Virus record (IMG/VR): IMGVR_UViG_3300033068_001704
Coordinates: 64,001-128,000 of that record
Length of the DNA: 64,000 nucleotides
DNA from: a virus
Lineage: Duplodnaviria > Caudoviricetes
Direction: 5' to 3' (one strand)
A program made the position numbers and the translations under genes. Shown here in pieces: positions 18,119-28,342 of the stretch (position 1 is its first letter; every line of letters starts with the position of its first letter). Under the pieces are notes generated by a model. It ran no database searches and had not been told where the DNA came from. It worked only from the letters and a program-made list of their open reading frames with translations.

Positions 18119-18805
18119 ATGCCGTTCATCTGCCTCCGTCGCTCGGACATCCCCAACTCGACCCTTCAGGTCACCGACTTCTGGCCGAACAAGAGCCAGG
18201 CGAACCCCTCGATCGACCCGCAGCCTCAGGGCCCGCGGTACGTCAGCGCGCCCTCGACCTCGACGGTCACGCTCGCCAGCACCGGTGGCACTCAGCGCTA
18301 CTTCGCAGCCGCTCAGAGCGGTCTCGCGGCGTACCTGATCGCCAACGTGCAGGTCGGCGCAGCCGGCCCCGCGCTCACTCCGACGGAGGCCAACACGGCC
18401 GCCGCCGCGCTGATCGCGGCGATGCGCGCCGGGACTGCATCGGGCGCCACTCAGATCAACGCGATCCTCACCGCTGCGGCGACGGGCGCGAACCTGACGG
18501 CGAACACCTCGACCGGAACCGTCGCGGACGTGCTTCGCATCCTCGCGGGTGCGGTCTACACCGTGCCGGCAGCGACGATCGTGCAGGACGGCTCGGGTGA
18601 CTTCGTCGCCCAGGCAGGTCCGGCGGCGTGGAACGCGGCGAACTTCGACTACACGAAGTACAAGGACATCCTCGTCGCCGACGGATCGTTCTACATCTCG
18701 CTCGCAGAGGGCCAGCTCAACGGATTCACGTCCTCGACGTTCTCGTACGTCGGGACGACTGGCGCGGCTCTGGTCGTCTACGACGACGCTGGCGCCGTTC
18801 TCTGA
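18119..18805 (+). CDS. Putative virion structural protein (paralogue 1)
   Basis: Ala/Thr-rich; collinear with the next gene (MPFICL.RSDIPN...). Confidence 0.75.
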   Translation: MPFICLRRSDIPNSTLQVTDFWPNKSQANPSIDPQPQGPRYVSAPSTSTVTLASTGGTQRYFAAAQSGLAAYLIANVQVGAAGPALTPTEANTAAAALIAAMRAGTASGATQINAILTAAATGANLTANTSTGTVADVLRILAGAVYTVPAATIVQDGSGDFVAQAGPAAWNAANFDYTKYKDILVADGSFYISLAEGQLNGFTSSTFSYVGTTGAALVVYDDAGAVL

Positions 18806-18901
18806 ACCCTGACCGCTTCTAGGTGAAGGCGTCAAAACCCCTGATAACCCGGGGGGTTTGGCGCCTTCTTCGTATTTCCCATGTTCCTGTAGGAGAGTGA
18901 G

Positions 18902-19942
18902 ATGCCGTTCATCTGTTTGAGTCGTTCTGACATCCCGAACGGGTCGCTTCAGGTGGGCGACCTGTGGCCGAACCGTTCCAAGTACAATCCGACGCTCGGG
19001 CCTCGCGCCCAGGGGCCTCGGTACCTGAGCGCGCCTTCGACCTCGACGGTCACCCTGTCCAGCACGGGGGCCACGCAGCGCTACTTCGCGACGGCCCAGT
19101 CGGGTCTCGCGGCGTACCTGATCGCCAACGTCGAGGGCGTCTCCGGGGCAGCTCTCACGCCGGCTCAGGCGGACACGATCGCGGCTTCCATCATCGAGGC
19201 GATGCGGGCGGGTGAAGACCTGGACACCGACGCCTTGAACGCCATCGTCGCGGCTGATGCAAGCGTGGCGGCAACGGGCGTCCTGACGCTCTCTGGGAAC
19301 GCGGCGAACACCAACACGGTGACGATCGGATCGAAGGTCTACACCTTCCAGACGGCCCTCACGAACGTGGATGGCAACGTGCTGATCGGTGGGAGCGCGA
19401 GCGCTTCGATCGACAACCTGGTCGCGGCGATCACCCTCGGGGCAGGTGCGGGCACCACTTACGCAGCGGCGATGACGCTTCATCCGACCGTCACGGCAGC
19501 AGCGGGTGCTGGCGACACGATGGATGCCACGGCGAAGACCGCCGGGACGGCGGGCAACGCCATCGCCACGACCGAGACGCTCGGGTCCGGGGTCTGGGGC
19601 GCGGTGACCTTGACCGGCGGCGTGGACGTGAGCCTGACGGGTGGGGATTCGACGGCCACGGTCCTCGACGTCCTGAGGATCCTCTCGGGGGTCACCTACA
19701 CCGTGCCGGCCGGCACGATCGTTCAGGTCGTCGTCTCGACCTTCAACCCCCAGGCAGATCCCGAGGCGTTCAACACGGCTGGGTTCGGCGACGGGGTGAA
19801 GGACATCCTCGACTCGGACGGGGCGTTCTACATCTCTCTCGCAGAGGGTCAGCTCGCCGGGTTCACGTCTTCGGCGTTCACGTACCTCGGGGTGACCGGT
19901 TCGGCCCTCGTCGTGTACGACAACGAGGGGCTCGTTCTCTGA
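18902..19942 (+). CDS. Putative virion structural protein (paralogue 2) with inserted ~115-aa domain shared with the tail sheath
   Basis: Same N- and C-terminal parts as 18119; insert KVYTFQT...LHPTVTAAAGAGDTM.ATAK.AGTAGNAI. Confidence 0.75.
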   Translation: MPFICLSRSDIPNGSLQVGDLWPNRSKYNPTLGPRAQGPRYLSAPSTSTVTLSSTGATQRYFATAQSGLAAYLIANVEGVSGAALTPAQADTIAASIIEAMRAGEDLDTDALNAIVAADASVAATGVLTLSGNAANTNTVTIGSKVYTFQTALTNVDGNVLIGGSASASIDNLVAAITLGAGAGTTYAAAMTLHPTVTAAAGAGDTMDATAKTAGTAGNAIATTETLGSGVWGAVTLTGGVDVSLTGGDSTATVLDVLRILSGVTYTVPAGTIVQVVVSTFNPQADPEAFNTAGFGDGVKDILDSDGAFYISLAEGQLAGFTSSAFTYLGVTGSALVVYDNEGLVL

Positions 19943-20002
19943 TCGCTGTCTGATCGGGACAACCCCTTCGCGCGGTAGAGTTCAAGGCTACGCGAGAAGG
20001 GG

Positions 20003-20251
20003 TTGATTTCCGTGTCAGAAGAGAAGACCTACCGCACGTCAGATCTCTACTACGCGGCATACCTTCGGGTAGCCGGGGTGGTGTTCATCGATTCTGACCG
20101 AAGCGGGGGGCGGGTCTCGTTCATCTTCGAGAACACAGAGGCGATCCGGGAACTGAAGCGCGAATACTTCAACCGAACATCCAAGATCTGCGCCCTCAAC
20201 TACGCAGACGAGATTCGGAACATGAAGGCGCTGATCCACGGAACCTCGTAG
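20003..20251 (+). CDS. Small DUF5659-like protein
   Basis: TSDLYYAAYL..G...GRVSFIF...IRNMKALI pattern. Confidence 0.55.
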   Translation: MISVSEEKTYRTSDLYYAAYLRVAGVVFIDSDRSGGRVSFIFENTEAIRELKREYFNRTSKICALNYADEIRNMKALIHGTS

Positions 20252-20305
20252 GTCGTCCCGCGGTAGGGATCGAATACGTCTTTCTCCCATAGGGAGAGGA
20301 AGACT

Positions 20306-20713
20306 ATGGCAAACGCACTCTACGACACCGGTCGCGCCGCGTTCTTGAACGGTGACGTCGATTGGACGGCGGACAACATCAAGGCGTGTCTCGTCGATAC
20401 GGCGAGCTACACGGTGAACCTCGCGACGGACGATTTCCTCGCGGACATCGCCGGAGGCGCGATCATCGCCACCTCGGGCAACTTCGCGTCCAAGACCAGC
20501 GCGGCTGGGGTGGCGGATGCGGCGGACATCACCTTCACGGCGGTGACCGGGGCAAGCTGTGAAGCTCTGGTGATCTACAAGGACACCGGCTCCGGCGCGA
20601 CGAGCCAGTTGATCGCCTACATCGACACGGCGACCGGTCTCCCGGTGACCCCGAGCGGAGGCGACATCACGGTCGTTTGGGACAACGGGGCGAACAAGAT
20701 CTTCAAGCTCTGA
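20306..20713 (+). CDS. Minor virion/fibre-associated protein
   Basis: MANALYD.GR..FL.GDVDW..D.IK..LVD and TPSGGDITVVWD are typical of small phage fibre-associated proteins; SD present. Confidence 0.7.
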   Translation: MANALYDTGRAAFLNGDVDWTADNIKACLVDTASYTVNLATDDFLADIAGGAIIATSGNFASKTSAAGVADAADITFTAVTGASCEALVIYKDTGSGATSQLIAYIDTATGLPVTPSGGDITVVWDNGANKIFKL

Positions 20714-20725
20714 TCGGGGAACCCC

Positions 20726-21763
20726 ATGGCACAGGAGCTGTGGACGAACAACGCCAAGAGCCTCCTTGCCTCGGGGATCACGAACAGCGCGACGTCGCTC
20801 ACGTGTACCACTGGTGAGGGGGCCCTCTTCCCTATCATCGGTTCGGGGACAGGGAATTTCTTCTTCGCAACACTGAGTGAGGGGTCCTCACTGGAGATCG
20901 TGCTGGTCGTCGCTCGAAGCAGCGACACGTTCACGATTCGCCGAGGTCAACAGGGGACCACCGGAACCACCTTCACTTCCGCTGCTCGCCTGGAGTTGCG
21001 TCCGACTGCGGGTTCGTTCGAGAATCTACAGCGGGAATCGAAGCTGGTGATGGTTTCCGGGTTCACCGGCTCGGATTACCTCAATGCGGCAGGGTTGAAT
21101 GGGAGTGCGACGACGACGATCAGCGCACTGGTCCGTCTCCCTACAGTTGCGGGGATCGTTACGAACAAGGCGATCGTTTCGAGCGGGTCCCTGTTCACCC
21201 AGGGGTACTTGATGACGGTCTCCGGAAACCGCCCTTTCGTGGAGTACGCAGACGGTTCGTTTTCCAAATTCTCCAGCGGTGGCGCTGATCCGAACTGGCC
21301 CGGCGTGGGTACGACTCCTTCGACGTCGGGGTTCGTGGATTGGAAGACGGCCGTTATGTCCCTTCGGTGGGATGGGACCTTGTTGTCCCTTTTCATCAAC
21401 GGGCTTCTGTTCCGTCAGACGAGTCCTGGATCAGGCGGCGCGGCGCCTGGGTCCAACGGCATGTTCATGGGGGTCAACGTAGACCTCAGCACTCCGTTCA
21501 CGGGTGGTGGTCTTGCGGGGGTCGCATACTGCGACAGCGTTGACTTCACCGACGATGAGGTCATCACCTGGCAGCGGGAGGTGATGGAGGCGAACGACGT
21601 GGTGGAGGGGGCCCTTGCGTGGGATGCCGTCTTCTCCTTCAAACAGTTGGGGTACAAGCACGGGGACTCGGTCCCTTCGTCCATGCCAGACATCCTTGGC
21701 AACGTGGACGTGGACCTCACTGGATCGCTCGTGTTTCGAGAAGAGCGGGCGCGTTGGCTATGA
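20726..21763 (+). CDS. Fibre/receptor-binding-like protein with LamG/ConA-like domain
   Basis: N-terminal NNAKSLLASGI...EIV.V.ARS.DT.TI.RGQQGT module; WDGTLLSLFING beta-sandwich motif. Confidence 0.6.
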   Translation: MAQELWTNNAKSLLASGITNSATSLTCTTGEGALFPIIGSGTGNFFFATLSEGSSLEIVLVVARSSDTFTIRRGQQGTTGTTFTSAARLELRPTAGSFENLQRESKLVMVSGFTGSDYLNAAGLNGSATTTISALVRLPTVAGIVTNKAIVSSGSLFTQGYLMTVSGNRPFVEYADGSFSKFSSGGADPNWPGVGTTPSTSGFVDWKTAVMSLRWDGTLLSLFINGLLFRQTSPGSGGAAPGSNGMFMGVNVDLSTPFTGGGLAGVAYCDSVDFTDDEVITWQREVMEANDVVEGALAWDAVFSFKQLGYKHGDSVPSSMPDILGNVDVDLTGSLVFREERARWL

Positions 21764-22047
21764 TCATGGCCCCGCCCAAGAACCTGCGACTGCACTGGGA
21801 TGCCGACCACGGTTGGATCGTCGATGTGCCGTGGGCGATGCCTGAGGAGATGCTGCGGCAGGTGGCCCGTGTGGCCCTGCCTCGACAGCTCGACCGGTGG
21901 CGTTCTCTCCCGCCCGGAGAGAAGAAGACCGAGCTGAAAGAGGCCCTCGTCAGCCTCCAGAGGCTTGAGGTCAGACAGAATGTCGTTGGCGTTCGTGGCG
22001 ACGGCAAGGGCGACATCATCCTGCACAGTGCTTCGAAGGGACGGTAA
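21760..22047 (+). CDS. Hypothetical protein
   Basis: ATGA overlap with the upstream gene. Confidence 0.5.
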   Translation: MIMAPPKNLRLHWDADHGWIVDVPWAMPEEMLRQVARVALPRQLDRWRSLPPGEKKTELKEALVSLQRLEVRQNVVGVRGDGKGDIILHSASKGR

Positions 22048-22050
22048 GAA

Positions 22051-22566
22051 GTGGCAGCTACATGGAGGGCAACGTCCCAAGCAGTCGCGTTCGCGAGCGG
22101 CAAGTCGATGATCGACGTGTTCAACGCGACGGCATCGACGCGCGTCATCCGGGTGTATCGGATGTACCAGTTCAACAACGGTGTGTCGGCTGTGACCGGC
22201 GTGCTGACGACCATGCGTGTGAACCGAACTACCGCGGCCTCCGCGGGTACCACGGTTACACCCGTCAAGCATGACACCAACAGCTCTGCGCTCGCTGCGC
22301 AGACGACCTGTGGGACGGGTCGCACAATCACGCGTACGGACGTCTTCCGCCAGTATCTCTGGTCGAACGATGAGCCGGCTGTGTCGGGTGCCACACTCGA
22401 CGAGTGGGAGCTTCTGGTTCCGTTCGCTGAGGTGTGGAACGCGGGCTATGGCGACTCGGCTGTCGAGCCGCTGACGTGTCGTGCGGTCAACGGAGTGGAG
22501 ATTCAGCAGTCAGGTACCTCGGCGGTCGGAACGAACGACTTCGAGATCGAGTTCACCGACTCCTGA
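22051..22566 (+). CDS. Putative virion protein
   Basis: Beta-rich; resembles the repeated halves of the next gene (FN....IRV..., VKHDT/VKFDT). Confidence 0.6.
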   Translation: MAATWRATSQAVAFASGKSMIDVFNATASTRVIRVYRMYQFNNGVSAVTGVLTTMRVNRTTAASAGTTVTPVKHDTNSSALAAQTTCGTGRTITRTDVFRQYLWSNDEPAVSGATLDEWELLVPFAEVWNAGYGDSAVEPLTCRAVNGVEIQQSGTSAVGTNDFEIEFTDS

Positions 22567-22575
22567 GGAACCTCT

Positions 22576-23793
22576 GTGGCGAACACGTACACGTGGAGGG
22601 TGCCTCGCGTTGACAGCAGTCCGCTGATCGACGGCATCGCCATGGTGTTCAACGAATCGGCTGGCGGGGAGATCGAGGTCATCGAGGTTCGGATCACTGA
22701 ACCTTCGGAGACCGCGCTGACCGGTGGCCTTTTCGGTGCAGGTGCTCACGAGCTGGAGACGATCAGCGCTTCTTCGGGGGGCGCTCTTGCCTCGGCGGTG
22801 AAATTCGACACGGATTCGGCCGACCTGCCTGCGGAGATCGAATTCGCAACTTCCCCCCTCAACATCACGGAGACAATCACGTTGCGTCGGCTGTCGGACT
22901 GCCCCCAGTTCAACAGCATCCCGGCCAACGCGATGAGAGCCACACGTTCCTACCTGAGGATGGGGGTCCCTACGGCACCTAGGGCAGACAGCATCTGGGA
23001 TAGCAACGTCACGTTCACCAGCAACGAGCACCTCGTGCTGCGCGAGGGGCAGGGCCTGGCGTTCATTCAGCGCAACGGAGTCCTGCCGCACTCGATGTAC
23101 GTGAATCTCACCGTGTGCGTTCAGAGCACGGGGGCCACGTACATGTTCCGGTCGCGGGACATCGGGACCATGGTCACCGATCGGGCGCTGTGGACGCTGA
23201 TGAATGGTGTGGGTTCGGGGGAAATCCTTGAGGTTTGCGGGATCCAGATGGGGGAAGACGGGGACATTGGCCTCGCTTCCACCATCCCCCAGCCGCCCAC
23301 CCTTCGGCTGATCCGCACGGAGGGGTACATCCCGACGGAGGGCTTGATCCCACACGAGGAGGAGTCGATCTCGCACGACCCTCTCCAGGCTGCGATGCCC
23401 CCGGGGGTAAAGCTGCTCACTGGAGCGTTCCGTACGGCTCTGCCTGGGTTCTGGAGCGGTGCCGTGTACACAGGGGACACCTCTGATCACTCGGTGGCCA
23501 ACATCGCGAAGGAGCAGCGTGCGGGAGTGGTGAGGCAGATCGTGCGCACCCCGCGACCCAACCGGATCACCGACGCGGTAACAACTCCGGACAACGGGTT
23601 CGAGATGTTCAAGGCGAAGGTCGGCCGCGGCATCGTTCTCCGCAACGGTCAGGGCTTGGCACTGGTTGGTGGGAGAGCCGGGATCCTGGACAACTCGCAG
23701 TTCAACTACTTCGACATGCGAGTGGTGTTCGTCCATAGACCTGCGGCGACTTACCCCGTCATCGGGAACAACCGAATCGTGAGGGTGCTGTGA
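22576..23793 (+). CDS. Putative virion protein with two related domains
   Basis: LVLREGQGLA and IVLRNGQGLA repeated. Confidence 0.6.
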   Translation: MANTYTWRVPRVDSSPLIDGIAMVFNESAGGEIEVIEVRITEPSETALTGGLFGAGAHELETISASSGGALASAVKFDTDSADLPAEIEFATSPLNITETITLRRLSDCPQFNSIPANAMRATRSYLRMGVPTAPRADSIWDSNVTFTSNEHLVLREGQGLAFIQRNGVLPHSMYVNLTVCVQSTGATYMFRSRDIGTMVTDRALWTLMNGVGSGEILEVCGIQMGEDGDIGLASTIPQPPTLRLIRTEGYIPTEGLIPHEEESISHDPLQAAMPPGVKLLTGAFRTALPGFWSGAVYTGDTSDHSVANIAKEQRAGVVRQIVRTPRPNRITDAVTTPDNGFEMFKAKVGRGIVLRNGQGLALVGGRAGILDNSQFNYFDMRVVFVHRPAATYPVIGNNRIVRVL

Positions 23794-24332
23794 CCGTTGA
23801 GCTAGGCACCACGATCGTTCGGGACTTCATGGTCACGGACCCGACCACGGGGGCAATGACGAACGCCGACTCGCTCCCCACCTGCGAGGTCTACGACTCG
23901 TCTGATACGGTGTTCATCGCACCTACGGTAGCGCTGCGTGACGCTGGTGTCCCTGGTCACTATCGGGTGCCTCTTGCTGTGACTGTCGGTAACGGCTTCG
24001 AGGAAGGACAGACCTACACGGCTTTTGTCACCGTGATTGTTGGGGGTGTGACTAGCAAGGCGGTGCTCGCTTCGTTCGAGGTCGCCCTTAGCATCCCGCG
24101 TGGGGCAGTGGTGGCCGACGGGTCAAACTCGGCGACCACGTTCGAGACCAATCTGACGGAGTCCACCGACGATCATTGGAAGGACGCGCTGCTGGTCTTC
24201 GTAACGGGTGCTCTGGCGGGACAGGTGAAGAAAGTCACCGGGTACAACGGAACGACCAAGTTCGTTACGGTCACCCCTGGCTTCACGGCAGCACCTGCGA
24301 CCGGAGTCCGTTTCATCCTGATCAACGCATAA
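23790..24332 (+). CDS. Putative virion protein
   Basis: GTGA overlap; Ig-like N-terminal part and GQVKKVTGYNGTTK motif. Confidence 0.6.
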   Translation: MTVELGTTIVRDFMVTDPTTGAMTNADSLPTCEVYDSSDTVFIAPTVALRDAGVPGHYRVPLAVTVGNGFEEGQTYTAFVTVIVGGVTSKAVLASFEVALSIPRGAVVADGSNSATTFETNLTESTDDHWKDALLVFVTGALAGQVKKVTGYNGTTKFVTVTPGFTAAPATGVRFILINA

Positions 24333-24344
24333 GGGAGGGTCCTC

Positions 24345-27300
24345 GTGAGCAGGATCCTCTTCGAGTTCTTCGCCGAGGAAGGCGACGATCTTGTCATCAG
24401 CCTCGACGGGAGTGTCGATGCTGATGGCACACTCGCGGGTTCTGCCCTCAACACCCTCACTTTTGCGGGTGGGGAGGAGGTAAATCAGGGGGGAGGGATC
24501 GCGTCGGCTGAGGCCTTCGGCAGTCCCTCGTTGAGTCTCGGTCAAACGATCACGGTGTCCGCGATTGCCTCTGCTGAGGCGTTCGGGACAGCGGGGTTTG
24601 TTCAGGACCACTCTCTCACTGTGGCCTCGATCGCTTCTGCGGAAGCCTTTGGGTCCCCGGTCGTTTCCGCGGCTTCGCTGCCGACTCAGGTCATCGACCT
24701 CGGTGGGGTTTCTCAGGGGGCGCTCAACACGTTCGCCCTGAACGAACTCGCTCTTGATGATGGCGTTGTGGCGGTTGGGGGCGGGATCGCTTCCGCGGAG
24801 GCGTTCGGGACAGCGGCTGTCTCCCACACGTCCACGACTCAGACCGTGACCGTCACGGCAGGGGTCGCTTCTGCGGAGGCCTTCGGTTCCCCTGCGCTTC
24901 TAAGGACGGTCGCCCCGACCGGAATCGCGTCCGCAGAGGTCTTCGGTACGGCATCTCTCTCTCGGACGGTCGCCCCGACGGGGGTGTTGAGTGGGGAGGC
25001 GTTCGGTACCGCTGCGTTGTCTCGGACCGTTGCTCCGACTGGGATCGTCTCGGCGGAAGCCTTCGGTTCTGTTGCCCTGGCGATCTCCCCGACCGGAATC
25101 GCTTCGGCTGAGGCTTTTGGGGCTCCGGCACTTTCGAGGACCATCGCGCCGACGGGGGCCCTGAGTGCTGAGGCCTTCGGCACTGCGTCGTTTTCTCGGA
25201 CGGTCTCCCCGACCGGAATCGCTTCGGTTGAGGTCTTTGGGACCGCAGCTCTTCTGAGGACCGTTGCTCCGACGGGGGTTCTGAGCGCGGAAGCCTTCGG
25301 AACCCCGGCGCTTGCCGGGACGATCTTCCTGACGGGGATCGTCTCCACCGAGGCCTTCGGCACTGCGTCTCTGGGGAACTCCGTCCAGGCGACGGGGATC
25401 GCTTCCGCGGAGGTGTTCGGCACCGCGCAGTTGGCGCAGGTGGTTGCCCCGACTGGGGTCGTTTCGGGGGAATCGTTCGGCTCCCTCACGGTCCTTCTGG
25501 AGGCTCTCCTTCTCCCGACGGGGATTGCGTCTGGTGAAGCCTTCGGGACGGCGCAGCTCAATCGCACGCTGAGTGCGATCGGGATCGTGACTTCGGAGGC
25601 CTTCGGGTCGCCGTCTCTCCTCCAGCTCGTATCTACGACGGGGATCTCTTCGGCCGAAGCGTTCGGCACGTCCTCTCTTCGACAGACCCTCTCGGCTACC
25701 GGCATCGCGTCGGCTGAAGCGTTCGGGGGCGCGTCGTTGGCGCAGGGGGTCGAGCCTTCTGGGATCATCTCCCAGGAAGCGTTCGGGTCTCCTACTCTCC
25801 TACTGGTCCTCGAACCGACCGGGGTCGCGAGCGCGGAGGCTTTCGGGTCCGCTTCCCTTCGACAGTCCATCGAGACGACTGGCATTGCCTCGGGGGAGAC
25901 CTTCGGGACGGCGTCGTTCGACGTGGACTCCGTCATCGCCCCGGCGGGGGTGGTCTCGGCGGAGGCCTTTGGGGCACCTTCGATTGGGGGCGCTCTTCTC
26001 CCGACGGGGATCGTGTCGGCGGAAGCCTTCGGCGTCTTCACCACCATCCAGGAGGTGGTGACCGTAGGCATCCCGAGCGCGGAAGCGTTCGGCGCTCTGA
26101 CGTTGCCGATCCTGCCTCTTGGTGTTGCGAGCGCGGAAGCGTTCGGGTCCACCTCCCTCAGACAGAGTGTTGCAACAACGGGGATCGCTTCGAGCGAGGT
26201 GTTCGGGTCGGCCGACCTCCGACTGGATATCCTGCCGACCAGCATCCCCTCGTTGGAGGCGTTCGGGACCCCGGTCCTTGCCCTCCTTCTCCAGCCGGCC
26301 AGTGTTCCGAGCGGGGAGGTGTTCGGGGCCCCGAGCCTCAACCAGATCGTCTACGGGTCTGGGGTCCTCTCCCAGGAGGCGTTCGGTTCACCTTCGGTTG
26401 GCGGGGCGGTCGTACCTGCGGGGATCGCTTCGGCGGAGTCCTTCGGGTCCCCGACCCTCAACGCGACGGTGTACTTCACCGGGGTCGTCTCGGCTGAGGC
26501 TTTCGGGGCTCCGTCGATCGGAGGGGCGCTTCTCCCGACGGGGATCGCGTCCGGAGAGGCCTTCGGGGTCGCCCAGCTCGATGCCACGGTGTACTTCACC
26601 GGGCTGGCTTCTTCGGAAGCGTTCGGCACGCCCACGGTCGAGTTCCCGATCTACCCGGCGGGGGTCTCGTCTCAGGAGGCCTTCGGCTCCGCGACCCTCC
26701 TCCAGGAGTCGCTCCTACTCCCTGCGGGGATCTCGACCTCGGAAGCCTTCGGAGCCCCGTCGCTTCTTCGGACCCTCGCCCCCATCGGGGTGGTGAGCGC
26801 GGAGGCTTTCGGGTCCCCCCAGCTCAACGCGACGGTGTTCGGATCGGGGATCGCGTCGGGTGAGTTGGTCGGTATCCCGGTCGTCGGAGCCGGGGTGGTC
26901 ACGCCGGGGATCGCTTCCGCCGAAGCGTTCGGTGCCCTGACGCTCAACCAGACGGTGTACTTCACCGGTCTTTCCTCCGCAGAGGCCTTCGGGACCCCGT
27001 CGGTGGGGAGACCGATCTACGCAACGGGGATCTCTTCGGCCGAAGCGTTCGGTACGCCCTCGCTGCCTCGTTCGATCAGTCTCCCCTCGATCCCGAGCGC
27101 GGAGACCTTCGGCGTCACGTCGGTTCTTCAGTCGGTTCAGGTGACGGGGATCGCCTCGGCTGAGGCCCTCGGGGCACCCGCGGTTGTCCCCCTTGTTCGA
27201 CCGCTGGGGGTCGCTTCGGCTGAGGTCTTCGGGTCCACGACGGTGGCCACGAGGGTCAGTCTCCCCTCGATCCCGAGCGCGGAGATCTTCGGGACTCCGG

Positions 27301-28292
27301 GGATCGGGCGCCCTGTGTACCCGACGGGCATCCCGTCCACCGAGGCGTTCGGGACCCCTGCGCTGAGCGGGGCGGTTCAGGTGCCTTCGATCGCTTCTGC
27401 GGAAGCGTTCGGGTCCGTCGAGATCTCCAGGTCGATCGCGCTGACGGGAATCGCATCGGCCGAAGCTCTTGGTGCCCCGTCGGTCGGGCAGGCGGTGTAC
27501 CCGGCGGGGATCGTCTCCACGGAGGCCTTCGGGTCCACGACGTTCGACGTTGAACTCCTGGTCATCCCGGGGTCGATCAGTTCGGCGGAGGCCTTCGGTT
27601 CACCTGCTCTTGGGGGAGAGGTGGTCCCGACGGGGATCTCTTCCACCGAGGCCTTTGGAGCCCTCTCGGTCCAGAAGGTCGTCGGGCCGACGGGCATCGT
27701 CTCGGAAGAGGTCTTCGGTTCGTCCACGCTCGACCAGACGACCTACTCGATCGGCATCCCTTCCGACGAAGCCTTCGGAACGGTGTCGGTCGGACGTCCG
27801 TTCTACCCGACGGGCATCTCTTCGGCAGAGAGCTTCGGGGGACCTCAGGTTGACCTTTGGGTCGCGACCACAGGGATTGCATCTGGGGAAGCTTTCCCGG
27901 TCCCGGTCTTCGGAAGCGGCATCTTCCTCGACAGCATCCCTTCGGGGGAGGCGTTCGGGGCACCTCAGCTCGACAAGTACCCGATCGGGCCTTTCGTAGG
28001 CCAAGCAGGTCCTACTGCTCGGCCGAGGGTGTCTGGGGTTCGGATGGTCGAAGACCCGACCTTCTACCCTCACGCTCGAACCGTTCCGGACCTCGATCGC
28101 GATCGTACGGTGAGTGTACTGGGGATCGAGTCTGAGGAGACGTTCGGGATCCCCTACATGGAGAATGGGATCCAGAGCGCGGAGGCCTTCGGGGTCGCTA
28201 CGATCACGGTTTCCACCGGTCCGATGATCGTGAAGTTCATGCGGACCGGGGGGAACACGGGCGGGGGGATGGGCGCGAGCACGGTTCGGTAG
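24345..28292 (+). CDS. Long repeat protein (about 58 copies of ~20-aa GIASAEAFG unit), probable fibre
   Basis: 60-nt periodicity visible in the DNA; GGAGG SD. Confidence 0.8.
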   Translation: MSRILFEFFAEEGDDLVISLDGSVDADGTLAGSALNTLTFAGGEEVNQGGGIASAEAFGSPSLSLGQTITVSAIASAEAFGTAGFVQDHSLTVASIASAEAFGSPVVSAASLPTQVIDLGGVSQGALNTFALNELALDDGVVAVGGGIASAEAFGTAAVSHTSTTQTVTVTAGVASAEAFGSPALLRTVAPTGIASAEVFGTASLSRTVAPTGVLSGEAFGTAALSRTVAPTGIVSAEAFGSVALAISPTGIASAEAFGAPALSRTIAPTGALSAEAFGTASFSRTVSPTGIASVEVFGTAALLRTVAPTGVLSAEAFGTPALAGTIFLTGIVSTEAFGTASLGNSVQATGIASAEVFGTAQLAQVVAPTGVVSGESFGSLTVLLEALLLPTGIASGEAFGTAQLNRTLSAIGIVTSEAFGSPSLLQLVSTTGISSAEAFGTSSLRQTLSATGIASAEAFGGASLAQGVEPSGIISQEAFGSPTLLLVLEPTGVASAEAFGSASLRQSIETTGIASGETFGTASFDVDSVIAPAGVVSAEAFGAPSIGGALLPTGIVSAEAFGVFTTIQEVVTVGIPSAEAFGALTLPILPLGVASAEAFGSTSLRQSVATTGIASSEVFGSADLRLDILPTSIPSLEAFGTPVLALLLQPASVPSGEVFGAPSLNQIVYGSGVLSQEAFGSPSVGGAVVPAGIASAESFGSPTLNATVYFTGVVSAEAFGAPSIGGALLPTGIASGEAFGVAQLDATVYFTGLASSEAFGTPTVEFPIYPAGVSSQEAFGSATLLQESLLLPAGISTSEAFGAPSLLRTLAPIGVVSAEAFGSPQLNATVFGSGIASGELVGIPVVGAGVVTPGIASAEAFGALTLNQTVYFTGLSSAEAFGTPSVGRPIYATGISSAEAFGTPSLPRSISLPSIPSAETFGVTSVLQSVQVTGIASAEALGAPAVVPLVRPLGVASAEVFGSTTVATRVSLPSIPSAEIFGTPGIGRPVYPTGIPSTEAFGTPALSGAVQVPSIASAEAFGSVEISRSIALTGIASAEALGAPSVGQAVYPAGIVSTEAFGSTTFDVELLVIPGSISSAEAFGSPALGGEVVPTGISSTEAFGALSVQKVVGPTGIVSEEVFGSSTLDQTTYSIGIPSDEAFGTVSVGRPFYPTGISSAESFGGPQVDLWVATTGIASGEAFPVPVFGSGIFLDSIPSGEAFGAPQLDKYPIGPFVGQAGPTARPRVSGVRMVEDPTFYPHARTVPDLDRDRTVSVLGIESEETFGIPYMENGIQSAEAFGVATITVSTGPMIVKFMRTGGNTGGGMGASTVR

Positions 28293-28342
28293 CTCGTCCC
28301 TTTTCCGTTCGATAACCTCACGTATTTCGGGGAGTTGACACG

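Noticed and set aside
24480-28200. 60-nt periodic repeats as a CRISPR array or DGR template
   Set aside because: Repeats are degenerate at third codon positions within one ORF; no invariant repeat-spacer pattern, adenine-specific variation or reverse transcriptase seen
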